From: Phoronis australis
Lineage: Eukaryota > Animalia > Phoronida
Assembly (NCBI GenBank): GCA_002633005.1
Contig: NMRA01000162.1
Location: forward strand, 365,632 to 429,631
Length of the DNA: 64,000 nucleotides
Direction of reading: 5' to 3'
Shown piece by piece: positions 36,762-47,066 of this stretch. Position 1 is the first letter of the stretch; each line of letters begins with the position of its first letter. The translations under genes and the position numbers were made by a program. The notes under the pieces were generated by a model, which was given only the letters and a program-made list of their open reading frames with translations, was not told the DNA's origin and made no database searches.

Positions 36762-39700
36762 TCAGATGCAACAATATTGATAAACGGTATATAAAAATTT
36801 GCTAACGTTGCTTAGGAGGAATTCGTTAAGAACAAAGTCAAGGTTAGGACTACCATTCAGTAATAATGTAACTCTAGTAGGGATATTATTACAAGAATTG
36901 AGAGCGTTAACAACTGATTGGTTATCATTGAGTGCACGAAAGAGTGAGTCTCTCAGGGATTCGATGAGGGGACATTTGAAGAAAATATGAGGATAAGATT
37001 GATGGTCACCACATTTACAGTTTGGAGATACATTACTAAAGTTGTGCCTGAACTTGTCAGAGTTGAGGAAAAGGCCACATCTTGATCTGTACAATGCTAT
37101 TTCGTTATCGCGGGTAAGGGAGAATTGAGTCAAGGGTGTTGAGTTATCAAAATTATGAAAAACAGTTCTAAAATTATTTTTTATACTCGTAAAAGAGTTG
37201 CTTTCCTTAACAGAGACTGGAAGAGAATTCCAGTTGTTGATGCACATCATGACTGTAGACCTTCTGAATGCCTGACTGAACGACGGAGGAATTGCATATG
37301 GGGTGGAGAATCTCAAATCACTACGATGGCCTTGTCTAATATATAGATCAAATATTTTTTTGACAGACACGTTGTTGACATTGTTTATTACCTTGAACGT
37401 AAATGTGGTCATGTGAAGATTGCGTCGAGTAGACAGTTTGGGCCACTTGAGATTATTCAAAACCTTAACACTATTGGATCCCCTGTAAGCTCCAGTTATG
37501 AGTAAGGCGGCTTGATATTGTAACTTCTCCAAATGTTGGAGTGCACCCGTATTGGCAGACTGATATATAATATCACAATAATCAATGTGTGGAAGTACAA
37601 AGGACTTGAACAAAACTTCTAAATGTGTAGAATTCAGATGACGAGAGACAAGCTTAAGTGGGTTAATTAGTTCCTGAGTTTTTTGTACGAGCTCCCGAAC
37701 GTGAGGGGTGAATGAGAGTTTTTCATCTAACAGTATACCCAGATGTCTGTGCGACTGTTTTCTAGGAATGATTTCATCATTAAGTTTAAGGTCATAAGAC
37801 GGGTCAACAAGGAAGAGAGCATTAATAGATTTGGAGAAGGTAAGGTCAACGCTTTTTTCTGGTTTAAAATTCATTCTCCATTCTTGTGACCAATAGCTTA
37901 GTTTATTTAAGTCGTGTTGAAGCTGCAAAGAACATTCAGGGCTGCTCCCTGCGAAGGGGTAAAAAAGCGCCGTGTCATCTGCATAAAGGTATGTGCTACA
38001 TGACAGGTTATCAGGAAGGTCATTAATATAAACCAAGAAGAGAAGAGGGCCCAATACGCTACCCTGCGGTACACCTGCGTTTACAAATCCAGGATGGGAT
38101 AAAATTGAAAGTACGCCATCGACACGAACACTGTATGTTCTTTCGGAGAGATATGAGGTGATCATGTTTAAAAGATTACCAGTAATGCCATAGGATCGAA
38201 GTTTGTGAAGTAGAAGGTCGTGAGGGACACAGTCGAAAGCAGAAGCTATATCTAGAAAAATGGACCTGACACTCTCTCCCTTCTCAAAATGTAAATGAAT
38301 CTCATGTACTATTTCAACAAGTTGTGCCACGGTGCTGTTCCCACGCAAAAAACCAAATTGACGATGATAGATCAAGTTGTTTTGTTTGAGAAATGTAAGA
38401 ATACTTTGAGCAATGATCTTCTCAAAGATTTTGGACAGGGTGTTAAGTAATGTTATTGGGCGATAATTTGAAATTTCAGTTTTGGAGCCTTTTTTGTGTA
38501 TGGGGACCATAATTCCATGTTTCCAAGAAGACGGATAAATGCCTAGCTGAAGAAGTTTGTTAAACAGATTGGTCAGGGGCATGGTAATTTCGTTGGCAAT
38601 CATTTTGATCATCTTGCTGGTTATTAAAGCTGTGCCATCATTCTTATTGGGGTCAATTTCATTGAGATACTTCCGGACATCAGTTTGATTAGCCGGGATG
38701 TCAGACAGTTGATTGAGACAACGTTCACGAAGAAAGGGAAAGTTACTTACTTCAGTTGGTGTAATGTGGCTTTTGTTCGTGAAAAATTTGAGAAACAAAT
38801 CACACTTGTCACTACTACGTGAGGCTAGGTTACCATTATAGTTGATGACAGGATAGGAGGATTGCTGTTGACTGCCGCGTATTTTATTGATGATGTTCCA
38901 GTATTCTTTGGAATTCTTGCTTGCGCTGTTAATTTGTTGAAAAAGCTTGTGTCGGTGATCAGCTTTGGCTTGATTTACTAAAGTTTCAACCAGACGTGAC
39001 TGCTCCTTGTATCTGTTGTAGATTATAGTGTTGTTAGATCTTCTGAAAGAGCTGTAAAGTCTGTTTCTTGTGCGGATTGCCCGTTTAACATTACTGTTGA
39101 ACCACGGTTTGCTGTTGTGTTTAATTATCTTTTCAGTTGATGGGATGTTGTTTTTTAAGATTTCATAGAGAGTACTAGTGAAGAGTGAAACAGTGTCATC
39201 AATGTCGCCAGTGTTCAATATGGAATCCCAGTCAGTGTTGGTGATATCCTGACGCAGTTTATCGGTGTCGACCTGATCATATTTCCAGTTGGTTCGAGTG
39301 GTGTGTTGCTCTTTAACCGGTTTTTTAAGTGTTAGAGTGGTTTCGATAGTGTGGTGATCAGAATTGCCAACAGGAGGTAGTACAGAACATGAGTCAATGA
39401 TACTCAAATTGTTTGTTATACACAGGTCAATACATGAATGAGAAACGTCGGTGATACGGGTTGGCTCATTAATTAGTTGTATGCAGTCATTAGACAATAA
39501 AATATCAAACAATTGTAGTCCGGCCGTATTGTCATGATCATCATTGTACCATGTAGAGTTTCGGGCATTGAAATCACCATTTATGATTATACTAACGCTA
39601 TTGCGGTTAAGTTCCGCTAACTGATCCGCTAGGGCTTTGAAGTAGAGTTTTCTTTCAGTTGGAGATTGAGAAGGTGAGCGATAAAACAACCCATAGTAAA

Positions 39701-40514
39701 TTTTTCTGTGATCGAAATAAATTTCGATCCAGCAGTTGCATAACTGAGGACAAGTTAAGCTAGGACATAATTTAAATGAGAGTGTGTTTTTAGTGAATAA
39801 AATGATACCACGGCCACTGTTGCTGTGATACGAAACACTGTAACCAGGAATGATTAGTTCATTATCAAGGTCGTCTTTGGTAACATTACAAGTTTCACAA
39901 AGAGCGACAATCATATAATCGTAAGACAGAACAAAGTTTTTTAGAAGTTGGAATCTGGAGAAATTGTTGGATTTAATACTGTTAATATTTGAAAATAAGA
40001 TTTTAAAGGTAGTATTGTCTTCAGGCCCAGGATTTTCTTCAACATCGCCAGCTAAAAGGAGGCACATGCCAATGACGATTCCGTAATCCATACAGGTGTT
40101 ACATAAACAATAGTAAGACACATCAGTAAGCTGAACCCGCATAGCGTGATATCTCATTCGATGCCGGTGAGAGGAATTGAACTGTGACCATGAGGGGGAA
40201 AACAATGTAAGACCAGAGAAACTCACACTACTCGAGGCACTCAAAGGATAGCCGTATTTAACAATTAATACACCAATGCTTGTTGAAAATTCAAGGGTTG
40301 TTAAATGAATAAGGTAGTCTGGACAACTAGGGTAGTCATTTTTAAAAAACAAAATTATATCATAGGCTCGCTTACAGGTACATAAATAGCAACTTAGTTG
40401 AAAAGCACAACATATAAATTCAATCTTGGGAAACCAGTTAGTTCTGTTGCAAGTGAATACAAAACACATAGATAATGATTGACCTAAAGATATGTACAGA
40501 GGAAATATGATCAA
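36762..40514 (-). CDS. CR1 ORF2: 2A-like peptide + APE endonuclease + reverse transcriptase + C-terminal CCHC; true start uncertain (e.g. ATG at 40157)
   Basis: GDVEENPGP, NINSI, LCET, YRSP, GDFNA, SDH, YRPITLL, QFGF, FLDIASAFD, GVPQGSVLGP, YADD, CKCG..H...CP. Confidence 0.95.
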   Translation of the reverse strand: MIIFPLYISLGQSLSMCFVFTCNRTNWFPKIEFICCAFQLSCYLCTCKRAYDIILFFKNDYPSCPDYLIHLTTLEFSTSIGVLIVKYGYPLSASSSVSFSGLTLFSPSWSQFNSSHRHRMRYHAMRVQLTDVSYYCLCNTCMDYGIVIGMCLLLAGDVEENPGPEDNTTFKILFSNINSIKSNNFSRFQLLKNFVLSYDYMIVALCETCNVTKDDLDNELIIPGYSVSYHSNSGRGIILFTKNTLSFKLCPSLTCPQLCNCWIEIYFDHRKIYYGLFYRSPSQSPTERKLYFKALADQLAELNRNSVSIIINGDFNARNSTWYNDDHDNTAGLQLFDILLSNDCIQLINEPTRITDVSHSCIDLCITNNLSIIDSCSVLPPVGNSDHHTIETTLTLKKPVKEQHTTRTNWKYDQVDTDKLRQDITNTDWDSILNTGDIDDTVSLFTSTLYEILKNNIPSTEKIIKHNSKPWFNSNVKRAIRTRNRLYSSFRRSNNTIIYNRYKEQSRLVETLVNQAKADHRHKLFQQINSASKNSKEYWNIINKIRGSQQQSSYPVINYNGNLASRSSDKCDLFLKFFTNKSHITPTEVSNFPFLRERCLNQLSDIPANQTDVRKYLNEIDPNKNDGTALITSKMIKMIANEITMPLTNLFNKLLQLGIYPSSWKHGIMVPIHKKGSKTEISNYRPITLLNTLSKIFEKIIAQSILTFLKQNNLIYHRQFGFLRGNSTVAQLVEIVHEIHLHFEKGESVRSIFLDIASAFDCVPHDLLLHKLRSYGITGNLLNMITSYLSERTYSVRVDGVLSILSHPGFVNAGVPQGSVLGPLLFLVYINDLPDNLSCSTYLYADDTALFYPFAGSSPECSLQLQHDLNKLSYWSQEWRMNFKPEKSVDLTFSKSINALFLVDPSYDLKLNDEIIPRKQSHRHLGILLDEKLSFTPHVRELVQKTQELINPLKLVSRHLNSTHLEVLFKSFVLPHIDYCDIIYQSANTGALQHLEKLQYQAALLITGAYRGSNSVKVLNNLKWPKLSTRRNLHMTTFTFKVINNVNNVSVKKIFDLYIRQGHRSDLRFSTPYAIPPSFSQAFRRSTVMMCINNWNSLPVSVKESNSFTSIKNNFRTVFHNFDNSTPLTQFSLTRDNEIALYRSRCGLFLNSDKFRHNFSNVSPNCKCGDHQSYPHIFFKCPLIESLRDSLFRALNDNQSVVNALNSCNNIPTRVTLLLNGSPNLDFVLNEFLLSNVSKFLYTVYQYCCI
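40023..40067 (-). other. 2A/StopGo ribosomal skipping-like peptide
   Basis: MCLLLAGDVEENPG|P matches the D(V/I)ExNPGP consensus and lies immediately before the APE domain. Confidence 0.85.
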
Positions 40515-41652
40515 ATAGTAACGGACAAAAGAAGGTTAAAAATAAGAGTTTGAAAACTCAAATTCGCTGAAGAAAACACAAAAAGATGTATTGAAGATTT
40601 CTCACTTTGGATAAATTAGCTGTAACACGTTTTAGACTTGATAAAAGGCTATGAGTTCTTACCACTATAGGCCACCCAGTAATGACTGAACAGCTCATGT
40701 GTTCGGTGGTGTCTTCTGAATTGAAGTAAACTTTCTCACAGATTGAAACACCAGTTTTCACTGGGATTATTTCAACTTGATACTCATTATAAACTAAATT
40801 ATGGTGACAGACAGTGCTCAACGTGATTTTTTCACGGGCAAGTTAAAACAGTAATAACTAATTAATGATATGGGGAATCATTCTGAAACCCACAACAAAA
40901 ATCACATGTAGTTGTAGATTCTGCACCTGACTGCCAGAGAACAGAACAAGTGCCTAGAAATTAAAATAAATATTATAGTGAGTGAGAGGTGTCAATAACA
41001 TGACCGAACAGAAATGCCACACAAAATCAGTGACGTGTAAATTTATCCTGACAGACAATTTGGTATGGAGTTGTCCACAAAATCAACGTTCTGAGAAACA
41101 CAACAGTCAGAAAAAAAAAATTATATAAGTGACAGCCACTAAGGCCTGAGCTCACATATAAGAATCATTGTCTTATGTGAATATCATGCAATGTACAATT
41201 CCGTCACACATTCAATAAAAATGTGGGAAACATGTTTTAACGACAACCAAAAATACCACATTAATACATACTGTAGGCAGTTGCAAAGATACTATACTAC
41301 ATTTTGGTAATGGTGCAACTGGGAAACAGTAAGAGGCAATAAGCAATAAAACCGAACATGAATGATTTAGATGCAGATTAAGAATTCGATGCATTACCAT
41401 TGCCTGTGGTCAGTATAAGGTGTTGTGATCGCTACGGACCTGTATAGAGTGCACCACCACTGATAGAGAGGTAACTTGAGCGTGATCTGGTATTACATAA
41501 GGGAGAAAACTGAATAAGTATCAGTGGACAGGACAATTACCTGATCATGTCAAGACATGGGGGGTGGGGTGAGTGAACGCAAACAAAGTGAGGGATGTCA
41601 CCAGTGAGTAATCGGATATGAACTACAATAGGACGAGAGAGCAGGATACAAT

Positions 41653-42459
41653 TTAAACTTCACAGTTTTCTAACACTAGAAGGTCACTTTCTGAGGAAAC
41701 CTGCTTTATCCTGTTATCATGCAGCTGTATTGTTACGTTACCGTCATGCGTCCACGTTTTAGCGATGGCTTTAGATTGTACAAGGCGGCGACAGCGGGCG
41801 TAGAGAAGAGACCGTTGTTTCGTGAGATTTTCATTGATGTAGATCGGGGATGGTAAGTTCAGTTTGCGGAGTAGACTTCTATTGTGAAGAAAAGCAGCTC
41901 TGGTATTATATGACACAAACTTACAGATGATGGGGCGATCTTTTCGCGAATCTCTAGCTCCATGTTTTCGTAGTTTGGGCCCGAGTCTGTGGGATCTGCT
42001 GATTTGTTGGGGGTTAATTTCAAGACCCAGTTTGCGTCCCAAGTCGATCACAATGTTGTCAGTAGCTCCAGGTTTTTCATTTACAGGCTCATCGACTCCA
42101 TATATAACTATATTATTGCGACGCGAGTATTGCTCTAGGTTGTCTAGATTTGCTGACAAATTGTTGACTTGCTCATTCAGCCGCTGTATTTCTTTGTCTT
42201 TCTGGTTAAGGATGGACTCGTAGTAGGCCTTTATATCATCCAGGGCAGGCTGGAATAGTTGCTCACGGAGTGTTTTAATAACTTGGGGCGAAGTCAGCGC
42301 TTTTTCGAGCTTTGCAATGTCCTCATTTGAGTCCGAATCACACAGGGGCGGGTCAAGCTGACGGAAGTCAAGGGTTGTTTGAGTAAGTTTTTTTGCTCTG
42401 TCGTTTAAGGATGCGCTATCTTTGCTTGCATACCTCTTTCTTGGTTCATCAGCACTCAT
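41653..42459 (-). CDS. CR1 ORF1p (coiled coil + RRM-like + C-terminal domain)
   Basis: 268 aa: LDNLEQYSRRNNIVIYG, SRSHRLG, RPIICKF, YINENLT, TWTHDGNV. Confidence 0.92.
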   Translation of the reverse strand: MSADEPRKRYASKDSASLNDRAKKLTQTTLDFRQLDPPLCDSDSNEDIAKLEKALTSPQVIKTLREQLFQPALDDIKAYYESILNQKDKEIQRLNEQVNNLSANLDNLEQYSRRNNIVIYGVDEPVNEKPGATDNIVIDLGRKLGLEINPQQISRSHRLGPKLRKHGARDSRKDRPIICKFVSYNTRAAFLHNRSLLRKLNLPSPIYINENLTKQRSLLYARCRRLVQSKAIAKTWTHDGNVTIQLHDNRIKQVSSESDLLVLENCEV

Positions 42460-43619
42460 CGTGGGTGAAGTATAAGATAACGTAAGACTTAAATACAGAA
42501 AGTTAATTGAGAAATCTTCAGCACAATTTCAAACGCACATCTGGCGGGAAACAGGTCACGTGATCAGTGCTTAAAGTACGTTCTAGACGCGACTTCATTC
42601 GTTACGAATATCATTTGGAAGCGAAATAACTTCAGGTAGAAAACTTGCCATGGTGCCAAAGTGGTATAATATAAGTATTAATAAGTTTAAAGTAAAAGGA
42701 ATAATTCCCAATTAGCCAGAAACATTCGTATACGCTGCTAGCCAGCGGAGCCGGACCGCCTGGCCTCATGCCGTGCGCCGGCGGACATCTTTGCTCCGCA
42801 GGGCAAGATGATAACATTAATTAGCTACCCGGCCCCGAATGAGTGAATTTCTTGTGACAAAGAGATTAAAAAATACTGCGCCATGTTCCTAACGCTGCAA
42901 TATATTCCCATCGCCGACACTCGGTTCATTGAGTAAAATTCATTACACTCCCCCCGCTCCGGTTTGCGGCGCGGAAGTTTTATATTTGGAAAACAAGGGT
43001 ATATATGGCAAGTTTGTTTTTGTGAGGTTTGAAAATATATTTCCCCTGATAATTGAAAATCAAAGCCACTTTAGCAAGAGATAATCAGTTCCCGGCGAAG
43101 AGTCACGGCGACTGCAGGCCGCGGAATTACTTCACCGGTTACTGTGTCTCGGCAGAAAAAATCAAGCACAGATGTGGAGCTCACGGTTTTGAGATAGAAC
43201 TTGTTTTTGTTTGTCGAAACATCGCCGTATGTTGGTGTATTTTCTATTTTACATTTTTAAACTACCAGTAAAGCTGGTGCCGATTTGCTGCCAAATTACA
43301 CACTGCGCTCACACGTCCGGGTAGTCATCGTGACACGGCAATTGCTTACTTCAGGCTGGTACTTTGCATCAATTTCAAGGTATGGCGATAAAGACAAGAC
43401 ATTTGTCGATGAAAAAACCTTTTTCCTCTAATTTAATACCTAAACGGTTACTGCTGCTAATTTGACGTACCCTCGCAATGAGTCAGGACTGACCTCAGTA
43501 GCCGAGCAGTGGCTACGCCGGAGACTATGACACGGTACTTCAAACGTATGATTATGCATTAGATACCATTCGTCATATGCAAATAACAAGAACAAATAAA
43601 TAATCAAATCCATATATTT

Positions 43620-44370
43620 TTTAACTCAAAAGGTTTACTTCAAATTTATTACCAGAACGGTTTTTCATAAACTGAAATTAACAATGGAATACAGTAAAAA
43701 AGAAAACAAACACAAACACATTCACTCTCAAATTCACATATTTCAGATCTGCTTGAATTTATACTGAATTTATAAGGGTTTCAAAAAATACCAGCAAGTC
43801 AGGGAGTAATTCTCTAGATTTCATGCTTTTCCATGTCTTGCCAGTGTCAAATAAAATTGGGTGAAATCTCTGAAGTACAAGAATACATGAAGACTTCGAA
43901 CAAGTATGTAAAAAGTACTGATTAATTTCGTAGCCATGATCTCCAAAGTATGCAAATAGTAGGATACGATTTTCAGCCAGTAAGAGGTTATCACCAACGA
44001 CGTTTGAAATCCACGTGTGTAATTTATTCCAAAAAGAAAGTACATACTTACATTCCAAAAAACAAGTGCTTAAAAGTTTCTACCACTCCGCAAAATGAGC
44101 ATTTGTCGTTTTGGACTATTTTCATTTTCTTTAAAAATACTTTTGTGTGAACTTTTTATGAATGTGATAATACTTAAAAACTTTCAAATGAGGTTGGAGC
44201 AACAGTTTAAAAGGCATAATATAAATTTGCTGGTCAACAAATAATTCCAATAAACTGTGTTCTACATCAGGAACTGATGTCTCTCTGGAGAGTAAGACAT
44301 CTTTTGTCCATCGCGTATCAATCTGTTCATATAAAAAGAACCAAAATGGGAATAAAAAACATCCAAACAA
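43620..44370 (-). pseudogene. L1/Tx1-like LINE 3' fragment
   Basis: KVFKY..IH..KDDKCSFCGVVETFKHLFLECKYVLSFW (zf-RVT-like) near 44190-44030. Boundaries are approximate. Confidence 0.7.
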
Positions 44371-46085
44371 AGTAACAACGCATTTACGCTCACGGTGATG
44401 TCAATACTTTTTCAAGGACAACATGGCTGGCATTCAGGAATCGTTCCTGAACTAACACACAGGTTCTCAGGACGGGAATAGTCGATGATTTTCCGATCTC
44501 GGCCGAGGCACAAAATTGTGCTAAAAATGCTTTTAGTTTGATAACAGAAAGGATGTGAACATTATGCTATGTCACATATTACTTAATTTGGAAAATATTT
44601 TTAAGTTTTTGAACTAGAATGCCCTTTGAGATAAGGAATTAAAGACCCCTGTAGTCTGCAAAGGTTGCACATCTCAATCCATAGATTGAATTCCAGTATT
44701 GGAGGTTGACAATTATAACTGTTACAGAGTTCTTCGTATGACATAAAAGAACCTTCAGCATTAAACAAACCACACACACGATAGACTCCCCATTCATACC
44801 AGATGGATTTTCAACCGACTTTAATCTTTAATGAATTATACCACAGGGGAGAGACTAAATACTATTTTCATTTTTGTCACACATTTGAAACAGGAGCTCA
44901 ACATCGCTTCAAACTTCCTTTCGGTTTCTGGACAAGTTACATGTAGTCTGGAAAACGTTTCTCCTTAAAGTAGGCACAGAGCTGTCGCAACTGTTCAAAG
45001 CTGACTTGTGTCTGAAGGTAAAGACATGCGAATAAAGGGCTGACAGCCCACTACTCCAAAGGTTCATTACTCCGGAAAGGAACTCAGATGAAATTTTATA
45101 CTTCTGTATGAAAATCTACAGGATACTTAGGTTATTAGACTTACTGCTGTACCTATACCGAAAACAACACCGGGCGCAGTGCTAATTATACATTTGCTTT
45201 GGATTTCCTGTGCATGCAAACTTGAGCTCCAAAACATTGTTTAGGAATACGGAAAGATTAGTACGTTATTGCTTGTTTAAACGGATATGAAGTAGGAATA
45301 TTGGTGAATTATCCATACGTAGTACATTCCCCAAATGCAAGTCAAGATCGCGTCTTTTCACAGCGTGATTGAAAAGTTTATCAACCTCACACTCCGCACT
45401 GGAACTATGTGCACGGCAGGATCAACACTAAATGAGGCCACCCTGTCACTGGCAAGTTAGAGAGTCCCTTCCAGTCTCCTCAAATTAAAGTTTCCATTTG
45501 TTTGTCACAGCTCTGAAATAAATATTCTCGTGCCTCAGATATTGTCCCTGTTTGAAATTGAGTCGACATTTTAAATACAAGAATCGCCATTGGAACTGAG
45601 CTCATTTTTACAGAAAAACAATCTATATGTTGCACACCCTTTTAATGTATGGTTACTAAATGAACACAAATGCAATACTTTGTGCATGTCAGTTCCGCCT
45701 CAGACCTGTCGGAGTTGTGAACGTGGTTTCGGATTAACATTCGGAATCGCGAACTTTCGGAGTAGTCAAATGTAACCGCGATTAATCTGTGACAAATACG
45801 CGGGGTTGGAAAAATATGAAATTAAATTACAACAAAAGATACGCAATTTCGTTGCACAAATGTCCACGGATGTCATTTGACGGTTATGCGGCATTTGTTC
45901 TCCTACGTGAATCAGTCCTGGTGATTTTGGCCCATAAACTGAGAGGGAAAACAAATCCTATGCAGTTCATGGTGTGCAATGCGAAGACACTCTTTGCACG
46001 GAATCTTATTTCTATGATACCAACCAAACAGTCTCTAAAATGCGTACATGTAGGCCTATGTCTCAGCATCGTCATCCTAGTTACG

Positions 46086-46470
46086 TAGTCAGGTTCCAAT
46101 TTGGCATTTGGGTAATGCAGTTCTGATGATTGATTTTAACTAATTTTGGGGTGCTGAATCCAAAAAAGTGTGTGCCGGCTGTATTATGCCGGCATAACCC
46201 ACAAATCCAAGATGGCCAGCAATCGGCCATATTGAAATTGGCAAGTTCCAATAAATGCGTTTTAAAATGAGCATGGTATATCAAACTTTCAGGTATGATG
46301 AAATCGATTCTGATACAATTTTTGTGGTTGGAGGTCAAGGCCACGAGAAAAGGTCAAGGTCAAGGTCACATCATGCCGCACATGTTTCATTGGAAATACA
46401 GAAAGCTCAAATATTTCAGAGCATCTTTACATATAAATTAAGGCTACTTTTGGAGTGTTTCAAGCATATA
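46086..46470 (+). mobile_element. Academ-like terminal fragment
   Basis: Starts TAGTCAGG and contains GGGGTGCTGAATCC, AAGATGGCC and (AAGGTC)3 motifs like the TIRs of 29040-33776. Confidence 0.5.
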
Positions 46471-46474
46471 TAAG

Positions 46475-47066
46475 CTTATTTCATGTAACGGGCCTCCGGA
46501 CCACATTACAATATATAACACAAAGGGAGTACAATAACTTTTCAATTCTAAATTAATTTATATCAAGGAACTCATTTCGGCGTTTCTCAGCATTAATTAA
46601 ATATCTAGCAACTTTTCTCAGAACATTTAAGTCATCAGTCTGTAGAAAATTTCTGAATACCATATCTTCCACCTTATCGTACCTTGGTAAAAACCGCACT
46701 CGTAAATCCGAATATAAATTGCATTCGAGAAGAAAGTGGAATTCTGTTTCCACTTTCCCACTGTCACAGCAGGGACATAATCTGTCTTCTCTGTCAAATC
46801 CACTGAACCTTCCGTAGATAATCATTAATGAATGTACGGAGCATCTAAACCTTGCAAGGGCTATTCTATGAAGTCTATTTTCTAAACATGTTACGTATTT
46901 TTCTACTACAAAGTTACATTTAATTGTTTTGTAAACATCTAAAGATTGAGAAAAAATATTGTTTCTCCAATCCTGGATGTCAATATCAATATCAAAGCAT
47001 CGTTGTTCAAATTCACTTATAAAGCATTGCCCAAACTTTGTTGTATCCAAACAATCGTTTAGCATT
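46475..47066 (-). pseudogene. RTEX-like LINE 3' end (C-terminal CCHC domain, ORF 46553-47065)
   Basis: RIALARFRCSVHSLMIIYGR..REDRLCPCC..VETEFHFLLECNLYSDLR, then a GGTCCGGAGGCCC stem-loop and AATAA. Confidence 0.75.

Larger units (their letters stand above)
36527..42565 (-). mobile_element. Full-length CR1-clade LINE, apparently intact
   Basis: TSD AGTGCTTAAAG(T) at 36516-36526 and 42566-42576. The 3' end has AATAAA followed by an A10 tail. ORF1 and ORF2 are uninterrupted. Confidence 0.92.
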
